Virus record (IMG/VR): IMGVR_UViG_3300048833_000100
Span: 9,896-73,895 of that record
Direction: 5' to 3' (one strand)
DNA: 64,000 bases
From: a virus
The notes under the pieces are model-generated. The model ran no database searches and was not told the origin of the DNA. It saw nothing but the letters and a program-made list of their open reading frames with translations. Numbering within the stretch: position 1 is the stretch's first letter; every line of letters starts with the position of its first letter. Shown here piece by piece: positions 47,597 through 56,668 of this stretch. A program made the position numbers and the translations under genes.

Positions 47597-47715
47597 GCAT
47601 CGCAGCACTGATCTGCCAACTGATCGGGCACAGGTTCAGCTACCAAGGCTATGACTACTTCGGCAAGGGAGGAAGTATGGTTTGCAACCGTTGCGCCAAG
47701 GAGAAAGGCCAATGA
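47593..47715 (+). CDS. Small Cys/His peptide (DUF1660-like, 40 aa)
   Basis: Read manually: MSIAALICQLIGHRF...CNRCAKEKGQ. Confidence 0.5.
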   Translation: MSIAALICQLIGHRFSYQGYDYFGKGGSMVCNRCAKEKGQ

Positions 47716-47906
47716 CCGCACCGGAACGCATTTGGGCGTGGGAGATTACAGAGCGCGGGATACCACAAGGAGCGGGCGGTTGGATCAGGCACAAGGCTTC
47801 GGGGGATCACGAATACATCCTCCACACCCGCGCCGCGCTGGCTGCATCGCCACTGGTGCAGGAGATCGTAGCGGAGGCGGTGAAGGCGGAACGATCCAAT
47901 GGCTAG
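47712..47906 (+). CDS. Hypothetical protein
   Basis: MTAPERIWAW...EYI motif. Confidence 0.6.
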   Translation: MTAPERIWAWEITERGIPQGAGGWIRHKASGDHEYILHTRAALAASPLVQEIVAEAVKAERSNG

Positions 47907-48020
47907 ACATCGGAAACGTGCCAAGGCAGGATCCCCTGGGGATTACTGGAAACATGACCGGAAGAAACGGAAGGCGCCATGGTGGCGCCGGCTGTTTGGT
48001 CTCAACTGAAAAGCTGAACC

Positions 48021-48338
48021 ATGGGAGAAAAAGTCGCTTTGCTCGTCGCACTGCTCATGTGCGGTGGGGTGGTGGCATGTGCCATCAAGTTCCCTCCACC
48101 GACTGCAGCCGAGCTGAAAGAACAGCGTGAGCTCGAGCTCCAGGAAAAGCTCCCTGCTGGCTGCAAGGTCACCGACCTTGGATCCTTCGCGGAGATCGAC
48201 CGCATGGTGGCCATCCAGTGCTCAGGCAGCACGGTGGTCACAACCCTACAGGTGGAGAAGCGTCTCCAGACCATGGGGAAAGTCACCCAAACGGTCACCG
48301 ACATTGACGGGACCGTCAACATCATCCCGGAGAACTGA
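48021..48338 (+). CDS. Exported or membrane-anchored hypothetical protein
   Basis: N-terminal hydrophobic segment; LPAGCKVTDLG. Confidence 0.65.
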   Translation: MGEKVALLVALLMCGGVVACAIKFPPPTAAELKEQRELELQEKLPAGCKVTDLGSFAEIDRMVAIQCSGSTVVTTLQVEKRLQTMGKVTQTVTDIDGTVNIIPEN

Positions 48339-48359
48339 GTCGAGACTGACCCCAAGGGG

Positions 48360-48650
48360 TCAGTCTGCAGCTCTCGGGATGCCTCGCCACACCCGCAGCT
48401 TGCCATCATAGACTGTCTGGGCCTGTGCCTCCGTGGCACCGGCCCTGACCCGAACACCCCACAGACCCGGAAACAGGGCATTGCTGGGGATCACCACCTC
48501 CACCACCCGGCTCTCCGGGATGGCGGAGATGGCCTCGATCGCCTCCGTGCCCTGGAAGACAAAGGCCTCCGACCACGTCAGGACCGGAGCATGTGCCGGA
48601 ACCGTCACCACGATGGTCGTCATCTCATCAGCATAGGTGTTCTCGGTCAT
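48360..48650 (-). CDS. Small beta-rich virion-associated protein (fibre module)
   Basis: Coupled to the fibre gene; TVYDGKLRV C-terminus. Confidence 0.6.
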   Translation of the reverse strand: MTENTYADEMTTIVVTVPAHAPVLTWSEAFVFQGTEAIEAISAIPESRVVEVVIPSNALFPGLWGVRVRAGATEAQAQTVYDGKLRVWRGIPRAAD

Positions 48651-50005
48651 ACCCAGACTCCTTGCACTGTATGCTGTCTCCAGCTTCCTTCAACCTGCCG
48701 CATGGCCCAAAACCCTTCTACGCTGTGTTCTGCCCAGAACCCAGTCACTTCGATTTGCTTGGATGTATCCCGCTGATCCGTGGCAATGCCGGAGATCGAG
48801 ATCGTCCCTTCGACAGTCCCGATCACCCGGATCCTGCCCAGGGCCTCCCCGGTAATTCCGATGGTTCCAGAGATTTCTCCAGACACCTCGGCCGCGGTCC
48901 CTGCACCGAAAGCCTCACCTGTGAGCCCGATCGAACCATTGACCGTTCCCAGGACCCGGACAGAGCCAAGCCCCGAGCCAGAGATCCCGATAGTTCCTGA
49001 TACTGTCCCAACATCCCGGACAGATCCTAGACCCGAACCAGTGATCCCAATGGTTCCAGATACCGTCCCGACATCACGCACAGAGCCTGTGGCAGAGCCA
49101 GTCAGGCCGATACTGCCAGACACCGAGCCAATGTCTCGCACGGTCCCCGCAGCAGAGCCGCTCAGACCAATTGTGCCGGCCACCGAACCAGACACCTTCG
49201 CAGACCCCGTGGCAGCCCCGGAGAGGCTGATGGTCCCTGTGACCGTCCCGATGCTCCGCACTGACCCGGAAGCCGCTCCCGTGAGCCCTATGGTTCCGGC
49301 CACGCTGCCTGTGCTGCGAACAGTCCCCGCCGCAGAGCCGGTGAGGGAGATGGTTCCCGAAACCGTGCCCTCGACCCCGGAGCTCTCTCCAGGCTCCATG
49401 TGGTAGCTGTCCGGGGTCACCCCACCAATCGCCGGATTGGCATTGAGATCCCGCATCCCCTCACTGCCATTGAAGAGATCGGCAAACATCGTTGCCGGAT
49501 CCATGGCAGTGTCATTCGACCACCAGTAACCTTGGGTCTCCCCAGGGATCACATAGGTGCCGGTGCGGTCCCCCATGAAATAGGCTTTGGCAAGGCTGAC
49601 ATCTGAGACAGCATCATCAGATGTCATCACCAGCACACCGTTGTGCCAAAGCTCTCCGTAGATCCCGCCGCCAAGTCCAGCAGCATTGAACCTTAGGACG
49701 AAGTTGTTGGTCCCGCCTGGGAAAGCCAGGTGGGCTGTGGGTCCGACAAAATCAAAGACTACCGGAGCCCAACCGGATGAGTAAAAACTGGCCGCGATGC
49801 TGCGACCAGACTCATCGTTGTGACCGTTGATGAAGACACTGGAGAACATATCCGTGTCGATCATCTTGGCCGTCGAGGGAGCATCCAGCTGCCCCGCTGC
49901 ATAGCGATAGGACCATGCAAAAGTGCAGGCCGCAAAACCCCAAGGCGGCCCATCCGGCACAGCCAGGATGGGCGCTACGGGAGAGAACCAAGACGCTGCA
50001 GGCAT
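48647..50005 (-). CDS. Repeat-containing fibre/decoration protein
   Basis: N-terminal beta/lectin-like domain, ten ~20-aa GTVSGTIGLTGSAxGSVRxx repeats, four V(E/T/Q)GxW repeats. Confidence 0.75.
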   Translation of the reverse strand: MPAASWFSPVAPILAVPDGPPWGFAACTFAWSYRYAAGQLDAPSTAKMIDTDMFSSVFINGHNDESGRSIAASFYSSGWAPVVFDFVGPTAHLAFPGGTNNFVLRFNAAGLGGGIYGELWHNGVLVMTSDDAVSDVSLAKAYFMGDRTGTYVIPGETQGYWWSNDTAMDPATMFADLFNGSEGMRDLNANPAIGGVTPDSYHMEPGESSGVEGTVSGTISLTGSAAGTVRSTGSVAGTIGLTGAASGSVRSIGTVTGTISLSGAATGSAKVSGSVAGTIGLSGSAAGTVRDIGSVSGSIGLTGSATGSVRDVGTVSGTIGITGSGLGSVRDVGTVSGTIGISGSGLGSVRVLGTVNGSIGLTGEAFGAGTAAEVSGEISGTIGITGEALGRIRVIGTVEGTISISGIATDQRDTSKQIEVTGFWAEHSVEGFWAMRQVEGSWRQHTVQGVWV

Positions 50006-50052
50006 GTGCTACCCCTGAGGTGATATGGGCCGGATCATCCGGCCCATTGGCT

Positions 50053-50460
50053 TCAGGCGTTGCCTGCGTTCAGGTTGAACGCCGTGATGTCCAGCACCAC
50101 ACCTGCAGCCAGAGCCACAGCACCAAGCTGCATGTCACCACCGGCACCCGTGAGACTCACCGTGCCCTGGCAGTGACAGGTCGTGCCCGTGCTGTCATAG
50201 ATCCTGAAGTGAGCGGCCGTGCCAGCAGCATCCGCTGCGGGATCCGTCCAGAGACCGGCCAGGGCCTTGGCACCGTTCGCTGCAGCTGCCATCCAGTCAG
50301 CGGGCAGGGCCAGCGTTGCCAGCACCGTCCCGGTATCAGCTGCGGCGCAGTTGGCGGGCACAGCACCCGTGCGGATCCGCATGATCGGGCTTGCCCCGAT
50401 TTCCGTCTCGGTGGCGTTCAGCCAGGCGTTACGCACCGGCACGGAGAATTGAAGAGCCAT
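50053..50460 (-). CDS. Putative virion fibre-base/decoration protein
   Basis: RNAWLNA...IRTGAVPANCAAADTGTVLATL...AAGTAAHFRIYDS; a pattern I recall from small phage structural proteins. Confidence 0.7.
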   Translation of the reverse strand: MALQFSVPVRNAWLNATETEIGASPIMRIRTGAVPANCAAADTGTVLATLALPADWMAAAANGAKALAGLWTDPAADAAGTAAHFRIYDSTGTTCHCQGTVSLTGAGGDMQLGAVALAAGVVLDITAFNLNAGNA

Positions 50461-50625
50461 TGGTCACCCCTTGAAGATGGAGGAGGTCGTCGACCTCCCA
50501 GTCAAATTATATCACTTTACACCAAACCACACCAAACCGAAATCCGTGGATCCCCCTGAACCATCTGGACAGGGGATCTGGTCCGTGGGTAAATCACACC
50601 ACACCAAACCGTCAGGACTTGAGCC

Positions 50626-50853
50626 ATGAAGGACACTGTCTCTGAAGCCCCGGTCACCCCGAGCCGGGGACACAACTCCCCCTACGATCGCGGCCGGGCC
50701 GACAGCTACTACAGCCGTCCTCCTGAACCCAACAAGCGCACAGGCCATCTGGGCGTCAATCGGATCACCGATCTGACCCCGGAGGAAACCCAGGAATACT
50801 ACGCCGGGTATGACTGGAATGAGCAATACGGCGAGAAAAAAGACTGGAGATAA
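50626..50853 (+). CDS. Hypothetical protein
   Basis: HNSPYDRGRADSYYSRP...YYAGYDWNEQYGEKKDW. Confidence 0.75.
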   Translation: MKDTVSEAPVTPSRGHNSPYDRGRADSYYSRPPEPNKRTGHLGVNRITDLTPEETQEYYAGYDWNEQYGEKKDWR

Positions 50854-50857
50854 CACC

Positions 50858-51211
50858 GTGAGAACCTATGCCGACCGTCAGAAAGACGTGGGGCAGGGCC
50901 GCTATGCCCTGTCTTCCGATACCCGTGACTTTGATCCGACCACTCTCGAGGGAGCCAAGGCGATCCTCTCTGTGGCCGGCGCCAAGAAGGCCGCCAAGTT
51001 CGCCCTGAATGACCTCTGGAAGCAGGCACAGGAGCCGGGGCAGGGCTACCTACCCACCGCCCGGATCAACGCTCCCTTGCGTGTCCTGCAGGCCCTGGAG
51101 ACCCTTGGCATGATCGAGAAAGCGCAGGATGATCGGGGCAGGGCTTTCCGATACCGGCTCTCCCCGACTGGCTTGCGCCAAGCCAAGAAGAAGGCGGGCC
51201 TCGTCGCATGA
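50858..51211 (+). CDS. Putative winged-helix DNA-binding protein
   Basis: LQALETLGMIEK...RYRLSPTG. Confidence 0.6.
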   Translation: MRTYADRQKDVGQGRYALSSDTRDFDPTTLEGAKAILSVAGAKKAAKFALNDLWKQAQEPGQGYLPTARINAPLRVLQALETLGMIEKAQDDRGRAFRYRLSPTGLRQAKKKAGLVA

Positions 51212-51777
51212 CAAGGAACCCCGTCAAATACAGGGACATCACCATTCGCGGTGTGACCTACCCCGACGCCTCCGCTGCCGCTGCGGCGATCGGGGTAACC
51301 CGATCCACCATCGGCCGAGCCATCCGCTTGGGCAAACTGGACACAGTCGGACTGGGGGTCGGATCCAACAATATCTGTCCTGTCGTCATCCGTGGGGTCT
51401 ACTACCCGACCCAGATGGCGGCAGCTGAAGCCCTCGGCGTCCGGGCGGATGTCGTCTGTAAGGCCCTGAACAGGGGAACCATCGACAACGTGGGCCTCGG
51501 CTCAGGGAACTGGCTCCGGGAAGTGGATGCTCCCCGAAACCCGATCACCCTGCTCGGGGTCACCTTCCCCTCCATGGCTGCTGCATCCCGGCTCCTGGGC
51601 TTCACGGACAAGCATGTCCATCGGGTTCTCAAATCCGGTGGCAAGAAGGCCAAAGCCCGCCTTATGGAGGCCGTCTGTGCCTACCGGGATGCCCAACATA
51701 TCGCCCGGATGGACGCTATGCGCGCCAGAGAAGGGCGGGCACAGGTCACCCACCACCGGATGTCCGAAGCCGCCTGA
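51208..51777 (+). CDS. NUMOD1-like tandem HTH-repeat protein
   Basis: Three repeats of ITIRGVTYP..xAAAxAxG. Confidence 0.7.
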   Translation: MTRNPVKYRDITIRGVTYPDASAAAAAIGVTRSTIGRAIRLGKLDTVGLGVGSNNICPVVIRGVYYPTQMAAAEALGVRADVVCKALNRGTIDNVGLGSGNWLREVDAPRNPITLLGVTFPSMAAASRLLGFTDKHVHRVLKSGGKKAKARLMEAVCAYRDAQHIARMDAMRAREGRAQVTHHRMSEAA

Positions 51778-51868
51778 ACCACCCCACCCGCGCATCCCAA
51801 CAGCACCACGATCGCCCTTGCGGTCGTGGTTTTTTGGGTTTGTGCCCTGATCAGATTTGGAGACTTCC

Positions 51869-52918
51869 ATGACCATGTTTACCATGACCCCGAAAGAGGT
51901 CAGGGCCGCCATCCTCGAGTGCTTCGAGGCCCGACTGGTGCCCTTCATCCAGTCGAGCCCCGGCATCGGCAAGAGCGCCATTGTGGCCTCGATCGCCAAG
52001 GAGTTCGATCTCGAGCTCATCGACCTTCGCCTGAGCCAGTGCGCCCCGGAAGACCTCATGGGTCTGCCCATGCGCTTGGGCGAGGGCACCGAGATGAAGG
52101 CTGCCTTTGCCCCCTTTGCCATGTTCCCCGTCGTCGGGGACAAGCTACCCAAGGGCAAGAACGGCTGGCTGCTCTTCCTCGACGAGTTCAACTCGGGAAC
52201 CAAGATGGTTCAGGCAGCTGCCTACAAGCTGGTGCTCGATCGCATGGTTGGCCAGTTCCGGCTGCATGACGATGTCTATGTCGTGGCGGCTGGTAACCTG
52301 GCCTCTGACCGCGCCATCGTGAACAGCCTCTCGACCGCCATGCAATCCCGCCTGGTTCACATCGAGATGGAGCTGCATCACGGTGAGTTCATGGACTTCG
52401 CCACGGCCGCACAATGGGATCCTCGCATCCTGGCCTTCTTGGAGTTCCAGCCGGGCAAGTTGCACAACTTCAAGCCCGACCACACCGATCGGACCTTTGC
52501 CTGCCCGCGGACCTGGGACTTCGTCAACCGGCTCATCAACGGCAAGCCCAAGATGAACAAGCCGCTGCTGGCGGGTGTCATTGGAGAAGGTGTAGCTGTC
52601 GAGTTCTGCACCTATGCTGAGATCTTCGCACAGCTGCCGAGCTACACCGTCATCTGCTCGGACCCCGACAACACTCCGATTCCGCGGGATCCGGGACCGC
52701 TCTATGCGACCATCACCATGATGGGCGACAAGTTCTCGCGGGCGACCTTCAAGGACGCAGCCAAATATGCAGACCGTCTGCCGCCCGAGTTCCAGGTGCT
52801 CTACCTGAAATCGGTAAAACGGCGGGAGCCCTCCTTCGTCCGGGACCAGGAGTTCGTCCGGCGCAGCAAGCGTCTGGTGACCTTCATGGCTGAAGATGAC
52901 ATGGCGATGGTCGCATGA
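51869..52918 (+). CDS. MoxR-like AAA ATPase (N4 gp24-like)
   Basis: SSPGIGKS, LLFLDEFN and FACPRTW motifs. Confidence 0.92.
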   Translation: MTMFTMTPKEVRAAILECFEARLVPFIQSSPGIGKSAIVASIAKEFDLELIDLRLSQCAPEDLMGLPMRLGEGTEMKAAFAPFAMFPVVGDKLPKGKNGWLLFLDEFNSGTKMVQAAAYKLVLDRMVGQFRLHDDVYVVAAGNLASDRAIVNSLSTAMQSRLVHIEMELHHGEFMDFATAAQWDPRILAFLEFQPGKLHNFKPDHTDRTFACPRTWDFVNRLINGKPKMNKPLLAGVIGEGVAVEFCTYAEIFAQLPSYTVICSDPDNTPIPRDPGPLYATITMMGDKFSRATFKDAAKYADRLPPEFQVLYLKSVKRREPSFVRDQEFVRRSKRLVTFMAEDDMAMVA

Positions 52919-53112
52919 CGAGCACACCCCAACCCACCACAGACCGGGTGAAGTTCGTCTGCCCGGTCTGCAAGTCTGACCGGATCCTACGGGATGCCTA
53001 TGCGTCGTGGAACCAGGACACCCAGGAATGGGAGCTCCACGATGTCTACGACTACACCACCTGCCAGGACTGTGATGCTGGCAGCAATCATCGGGACGAG
53101 ATCCCGATCTGA
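52915..53112 (+). CDS. Small Zn-ribbon protein
   Basis: CPVC...DAYASWN...CQDC. Confidence 0.7.
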   Translation: MTSTPQPTTDRVKFVCPVCKSDRILRDAYASWNQDTQEWELHDVYDYTTCQDCDAGSNHRDEIPI

Positions 53113-53394
53113 ACGAGATCCTTCCCCGATCAGGGGGAGGGGAGTCGGAAGGACCTCAACAGGGCTTCATACCTTCCGGCTCCACAGGTCCCGTCCCAGG
53201 GTGCTGACTTACCTGGGATGGGCTTGGTCGGCGGCATGCCCCCATGCCGTCGGCGTGGCTGTGTCAGCAGCTGCCAGGAGATGACCGCCTATCAAGCGGT
53301 GGCGTATGACAGGGAATGAAGGGATTAGCCCCACTGGCTCCAAGAGCTATCGCCCAGCCGAACATCAGGATGTGTCCTGAGCATCTCCTACCCC
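53113..53394 (+). ncRNA. Putative structured non-coding RNA
   Basis: Six or more contiguous hairpins with G-U pairs on the + strand; no convincing ORF. Confidence 0.4.
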
Positions 53395-53488
53395 GAGGGT
53401 GTGGCGGAATTGGTAGACGCGGCGCTTATAGGGGCTCCAGAACCCGAACGTGCCGGAATTGTGGGTTCGACTCCCACCACCCTCACCT
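53395..53488 (+). tRNA. tRNA-like element (Leu-type D/T arms, non-canonical anticodon arm)
   Basis: Acceptor GAGGGTG/CACCCTC; D arm GCG-GAATTGGTAGA-CGC; T arm GTGGG-TTCGACT-CCCAC; ends A-CCT; anticodon not assignable. Confidence 0.65.
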
Positions 53489-53541
53489 ACCACGCAGTTC
53501 CCGGTCTGCGTCATCAAAACCGGGACCCCATTCCCTGAACC

Positions 53542-54714
53542 ATGGAGCTCCCCATGCGAGACCTGTCTCAGGTCGTCGTGCCCGATCAGGCCACGCTCGA
53601 CACCCTGCTGTCCAAAGCCAAGCTCCAGTTCTTCGCAGCCAAGCGCAAGGGCGTCGGCTTCCTTGGCTCCCTGCTGTGTGATCACACATATATCTGGGAC
53701 GACTCCCCGAATTGTCCCACCGCCTGGTGCGATGGCAAGACCATCTGCTTCAACCCGCGGTTCTTTGTGAGCCTGGCTCAGGAGCAGCGTGTGACCCTCC
53801 TGGTCCATGAGCTCTGGCACACCGGCTATGACCACATGGACCGGATCGGCAACCGAGATCCCGAGACCTGGAACGAGGCTGCCGACTACGTCATCAACAA
53901 CCTGATGGACACCTGGGGCTACAACTTCACAGGCATGGACCCCCTGCTCGACCATCAATATGACAACATGACCACTGAACAGGTCTATGAGATCCTGATC
54001 AAGCAGCCCCGCAATCCCAACCGGGCGACAGACCCAAGTCCCCTTGGGAATGATGTCCGCCCATCCCCGTCCCGCGCTGACCAACAAGCCATCAAGGAGA
54101 AGATCGTCAAAGCTGCCCAGGCCTCGAAGATGGCCAAGGAAGCCGGGATCATCCCTGGCGAGACCAAGCAGCTGATCGAGGAGTTTCTCAACCCGATCCT
54201 GCCGTGGGAGATCCTGCTGGAGCGGTTCTACACCGAGCTCTCGAAGGACGACTACAGCTGGAAACGTCCCTCCCGGCGCTACGAGGATGAATACCTCCCG
54301 AGCCTCGATGGCGACAACAAGCTGGATCACCTGATCTACTACATCGACGTGTCGGGCTCGATCACCAATGCCCAGATGCTGCGGTTCCTCTCCGAGGTGA
54401 AACACATCCACACGAACCACACACCGAAGAAGATCACGGTGGTTGGTTTCGATACTCAGGTCCAGTTCGTCCACGAGTTCGAGGAGGGCGATCCCTTCGA
54501 GAAGATCGAGATCAAAGGACGGGGCGGCACCAATCTGAAGCCGGTCTACACCCATATCCGCAAGCACATGCCCACCGCGGCAGTCGTGTTCTCGGATCTG
54601 GAATGTCGGCCGATGTCGAAAGACCCCGGTGCCCCGATCCTCTGGGTCATCATGGACAATCCCTCGCCGGATGGACTGGCTCCCTTCGGCCAGCGCATCC
54701 ACATCAAGGCCTGA
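53542..54714 (+). CDS. Metallopeptidase plus VWA domain protein (N4 gp25-like)
   Basis: TAWCDG, HELWH, WNEAADYVIN, IDVSGSI and GRGGTN motifs. Confidence 0.92.
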   Translation: MELPMRDLSQVVVPDQATLDTLLSKAKLQFFAAKRKGVGFLGSLLCDHTYIWDDSPNCPTAWCDGKTICFNPRFFVSLAQEQRVTLLVHELWHTGYDHMDRIGNRDPETWNEAADYVINNLMDTWGYNFTGMDPLLDHQYDNMTTEQVYEILIKQPRNPNRATDPSPLGNDVRPSPSRADQQAIKEKIVKAAQASKMAKEAGIIPGETKQLIEEFLNPILPWEILLERFYTELSKDDYSWKRPSRRYEDEYLPSLDGDNKLDHLIYYIDVSGSITNAQMLRFLSEVKHIHTNHTPKKITVVGFDTQVQFVHEFEEGDPFEKIEIKGRGGTNLKPVYTHIRKHMPTAAVVFSDLECRPMSKDPGAPILWVIMDNPSPDGLAPFGQRIHIKA

Positions 54715-54717
54715 ACC

Positions 54718-54864
54718 ATGAGCTGCCTTGCAGACACAGGTTGGGAGCTCTTCCTCGAAGGGCTCCAGACCGCCAATCCCAAGAAGATGCAACTGGGCAT
54801 GCGAACCATGGCCCGACAGATCAAGGAGCAGCCTCGTGCAGTTCAAGAACCGCAAGGAGTATGA
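54718..54864 (+). CDS. Small hypothetical protein (48 aa)
   Basis: Read manually after TGAACC-ATG. Confidence 0.35.
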   Translation: MSCLADTGWELFLEGLQTANPKKMQLGMRTMARQIKEQPRAVQEPQGV

Positions 54865-55354
54865 GCCCACGCACATCAAGACCCTGGTCGAGATGTTGGA
54901 TGGGGACAAGGAAAAGGCCGCTTCCCTGATGGGCTGCCACTATGCCACCGTCGTCACCGCCATTCGGGAAGATGTGGCTACCCGTCGTCAGGAAATATCG
55001 GCACACAAGGCCATCATCCGCCTTGAGACCGAAGAGTCGATCAGGCGGCGGCAAGAGGCTGAGGCTGCCCAAGCCAAGCTCAACGAACTGCTACTACCAC
55101 CGCTGCCACAGCCACCCGTCCTGCCGCTGCTGGAGCCTCAGCAATCTGGGCACTATGACAGAAACCCGCCACTTCGTCGGCCGATCTTCATGAGGCCGGT
55201 CGAGGAAGCCCAGGTCGTTGAGGATGTCCCGGAACTGGGGCCGAGCCTTCCCCCAGACCACATGGTTCAGGTCCTGGTCTCGATCCCGGCCAACAAACTC
55301 CAGTCCTTCCACCGGGTCACAGCCCTCATGGGCGCCGAGGTGGCAGAACTCTGA
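54837..55354 (+). CDS. Putative HTH DNA-binding protein
   Basis: SD aaggag with GTG; DKEKAASLMGCHYATVVTAI HTH-like segment. Confidence 0.6.
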
Positions 55355-55429
55355 ATCCCTGACGATCCCTGTCAGGCTCCCGCAGTCGGAGGGTAACCCG
55401 GCATCAACCCCTTGCATGAAAGGAAGCAC

Positions 55430-55768
55430 ATGCTTCGCAAGACCCTGATGCTGGCCCTGTTGGGACCGGCCCTTCTCGTCATGGCTGCCTGCGCCCCTGG
55501 CCCCAATGCCGTGGCTCCCATCCCGATGCCAGTCAACACCTACATGGACATGAACTGTGTCCAGGCGAAGGCCGAGCACACCCGTGTGACCAATGAGGTC
55601 GCGGCCTTGTCCAAGAAGCAGAAGAACGCTGCCGTGGGCGATGCCATCGGCGTCTTCCTGATTGCGGTGCCCGTGTCCTCCCTGACCGGCAATGACGTGC
55701 AGGGAGATCTGGCTGTGTCCAAGGGCAAGCTGCTCGCAGCTGAAGCCCGCCTGAACTCCTGCCGCTGA
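55430..55768 (+). CDS. Lipoprotein
   Basis: Signal peptide with lipobox MAAC; YMDMNC...DAIGVFLIAVPVSSL...SKGK. Confidence 0.75.
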   Translation: MLRKTLMLALLGPALLVMAACAPGPNAVAPIPMPVNTYMDMNCVQAKAEHTRVTNEVAALSKKQKNAAVGDAIGVFLIAVPVSSLTGNDVQGDLAVSKGKLLAAEARLNSCR

Positions 55769-55834
55769 TCCAACCCTCAGCCGCCCCCGCTTGGCCTGCC
55801 GGCCTGCGGGGGCTTTCTGTCTCGGGATAGTCAG

Positions 55835-56014
55835 ATGAAGATCACCGAAGAATATTTCACCACAGCCGTCGGCCGAGAGCCTGTGATCGACGATCTGGCC
55901 CGCTGCAACTGCCCCAAGGCAGGAGAGCTTGGCCATTTCCAATGCGGCTGGAACCACCAGAAAAACCTGCCGGTCTTCATGGCTGGCCCGGAAAAGAAAG
56001 AACCCACCACATGA
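55835..56014 (+). CDS. Small Cys-rich phage protein (59 aa)
   Basis: Read manually: AVGREPVIDDLARCNCPKAGELGHFQCGW; ATGA overlap with dcd. Confidence 0.6.
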   Translation: MKITEEYFTTAVGREPVIDDLARCNCPKAGELGHFQCGWNHQKNLPVFMAGPEKKEPTT

Positions 56015-56595
56015 TCGTCAATGGCGCATCCCTGCTTGCAGCAGCCCCGATCAAGGACATGCTCACCACCAAGGAGCGGGCTCATGGTGTGAGCTACGGT
56101 CTGGCCGAGGCGGGCTATGACATCCGCATCAAGCAGGACATCACGTTCATTCCAGCGGGACATTACCAATACATCCCGGAGCAGGATCCAAACGTCCCCT
56201 ACGTCAGAATGACCCGGAAGCTGATAGGGTGGGATACCGTCTTCTCCTATGACCCCAGCCTTGGTCCTGTGCCCACTGAAGGGACTTCTGGCCGCTTCAC
56301 CATCGCTTCCGCAATCGAAGAGTTCCAGATGCCCCATGATCTCGTGGGCGTCGTTCACGACAAGAGCACCTGGGCACGGCGCGGTCTCTCGGTCTTCAAC
56401 ACCGTGATCGAGCCGGGCTGGAAGGGCTTCTTGACCCTTGAGCTGATCTACCACGGCAACGAGCCTCTGCATATCAAGGCGGGCTCCGGCATCGCACAGA
56501 TCCTGTTCTCACGCGTCGAGAACCCCGCCGCCTATGATGGCAAATACCAGAACCAGGCCGATCGGCCGGTGGCTGCCATCTACGAGAAGGGGTGA
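56011..56595 (+). CDS. dcd: dCTP deaminase (N4 gp26-like)
   Basis: SYGLAEAGYDIR, DKSTWARRG, NTVIEPGWKGFLTLE and YDGKYQNQ motifs. Confidence 0.93.
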   Translation: MIVNGASLLAAAPIKDMLTTKERAHGVSYGLAEAGYDIRIKQDITFIPAGHYQYIPEQDPNVPYVRMTRKLIGWDTVFSYDPSLGPVPTEGTSGRFTIASAIEEFQMPHDLVGVVHDKSTWARRGLSVFNTVIEPGWKGFLTLELIYHGNEPLHIKAGSGIAQILFSRVENPAAYDGKYQNQADRPVAAIYEKG

Positions 56596-56668
56596 GCCAA
56601 AGCCCAGCGGGCGGTGGCTCAAAACACCCGCAGCAGGGGGGATTTGTAGTCTGGATCCTGACCCTGCC

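Noticed and set aside
48780-49406. 60-bp tandem repeats as a possible CRISPR array, or the plus-strand Pro-rich ORF
   Set aside because: The repeats are degenerate at third codon positions of the minus-strand fibre gene, there are no spacers and no cas genes are present.
53395-53488. Assignment as tRNA-Trp(CCA) or tRNA-Leu(TAG), or as an attP site
   Set aside because: Neither triplet sits in a properly paired 5-bp stem with 7-nt loop; no integrase is seen.
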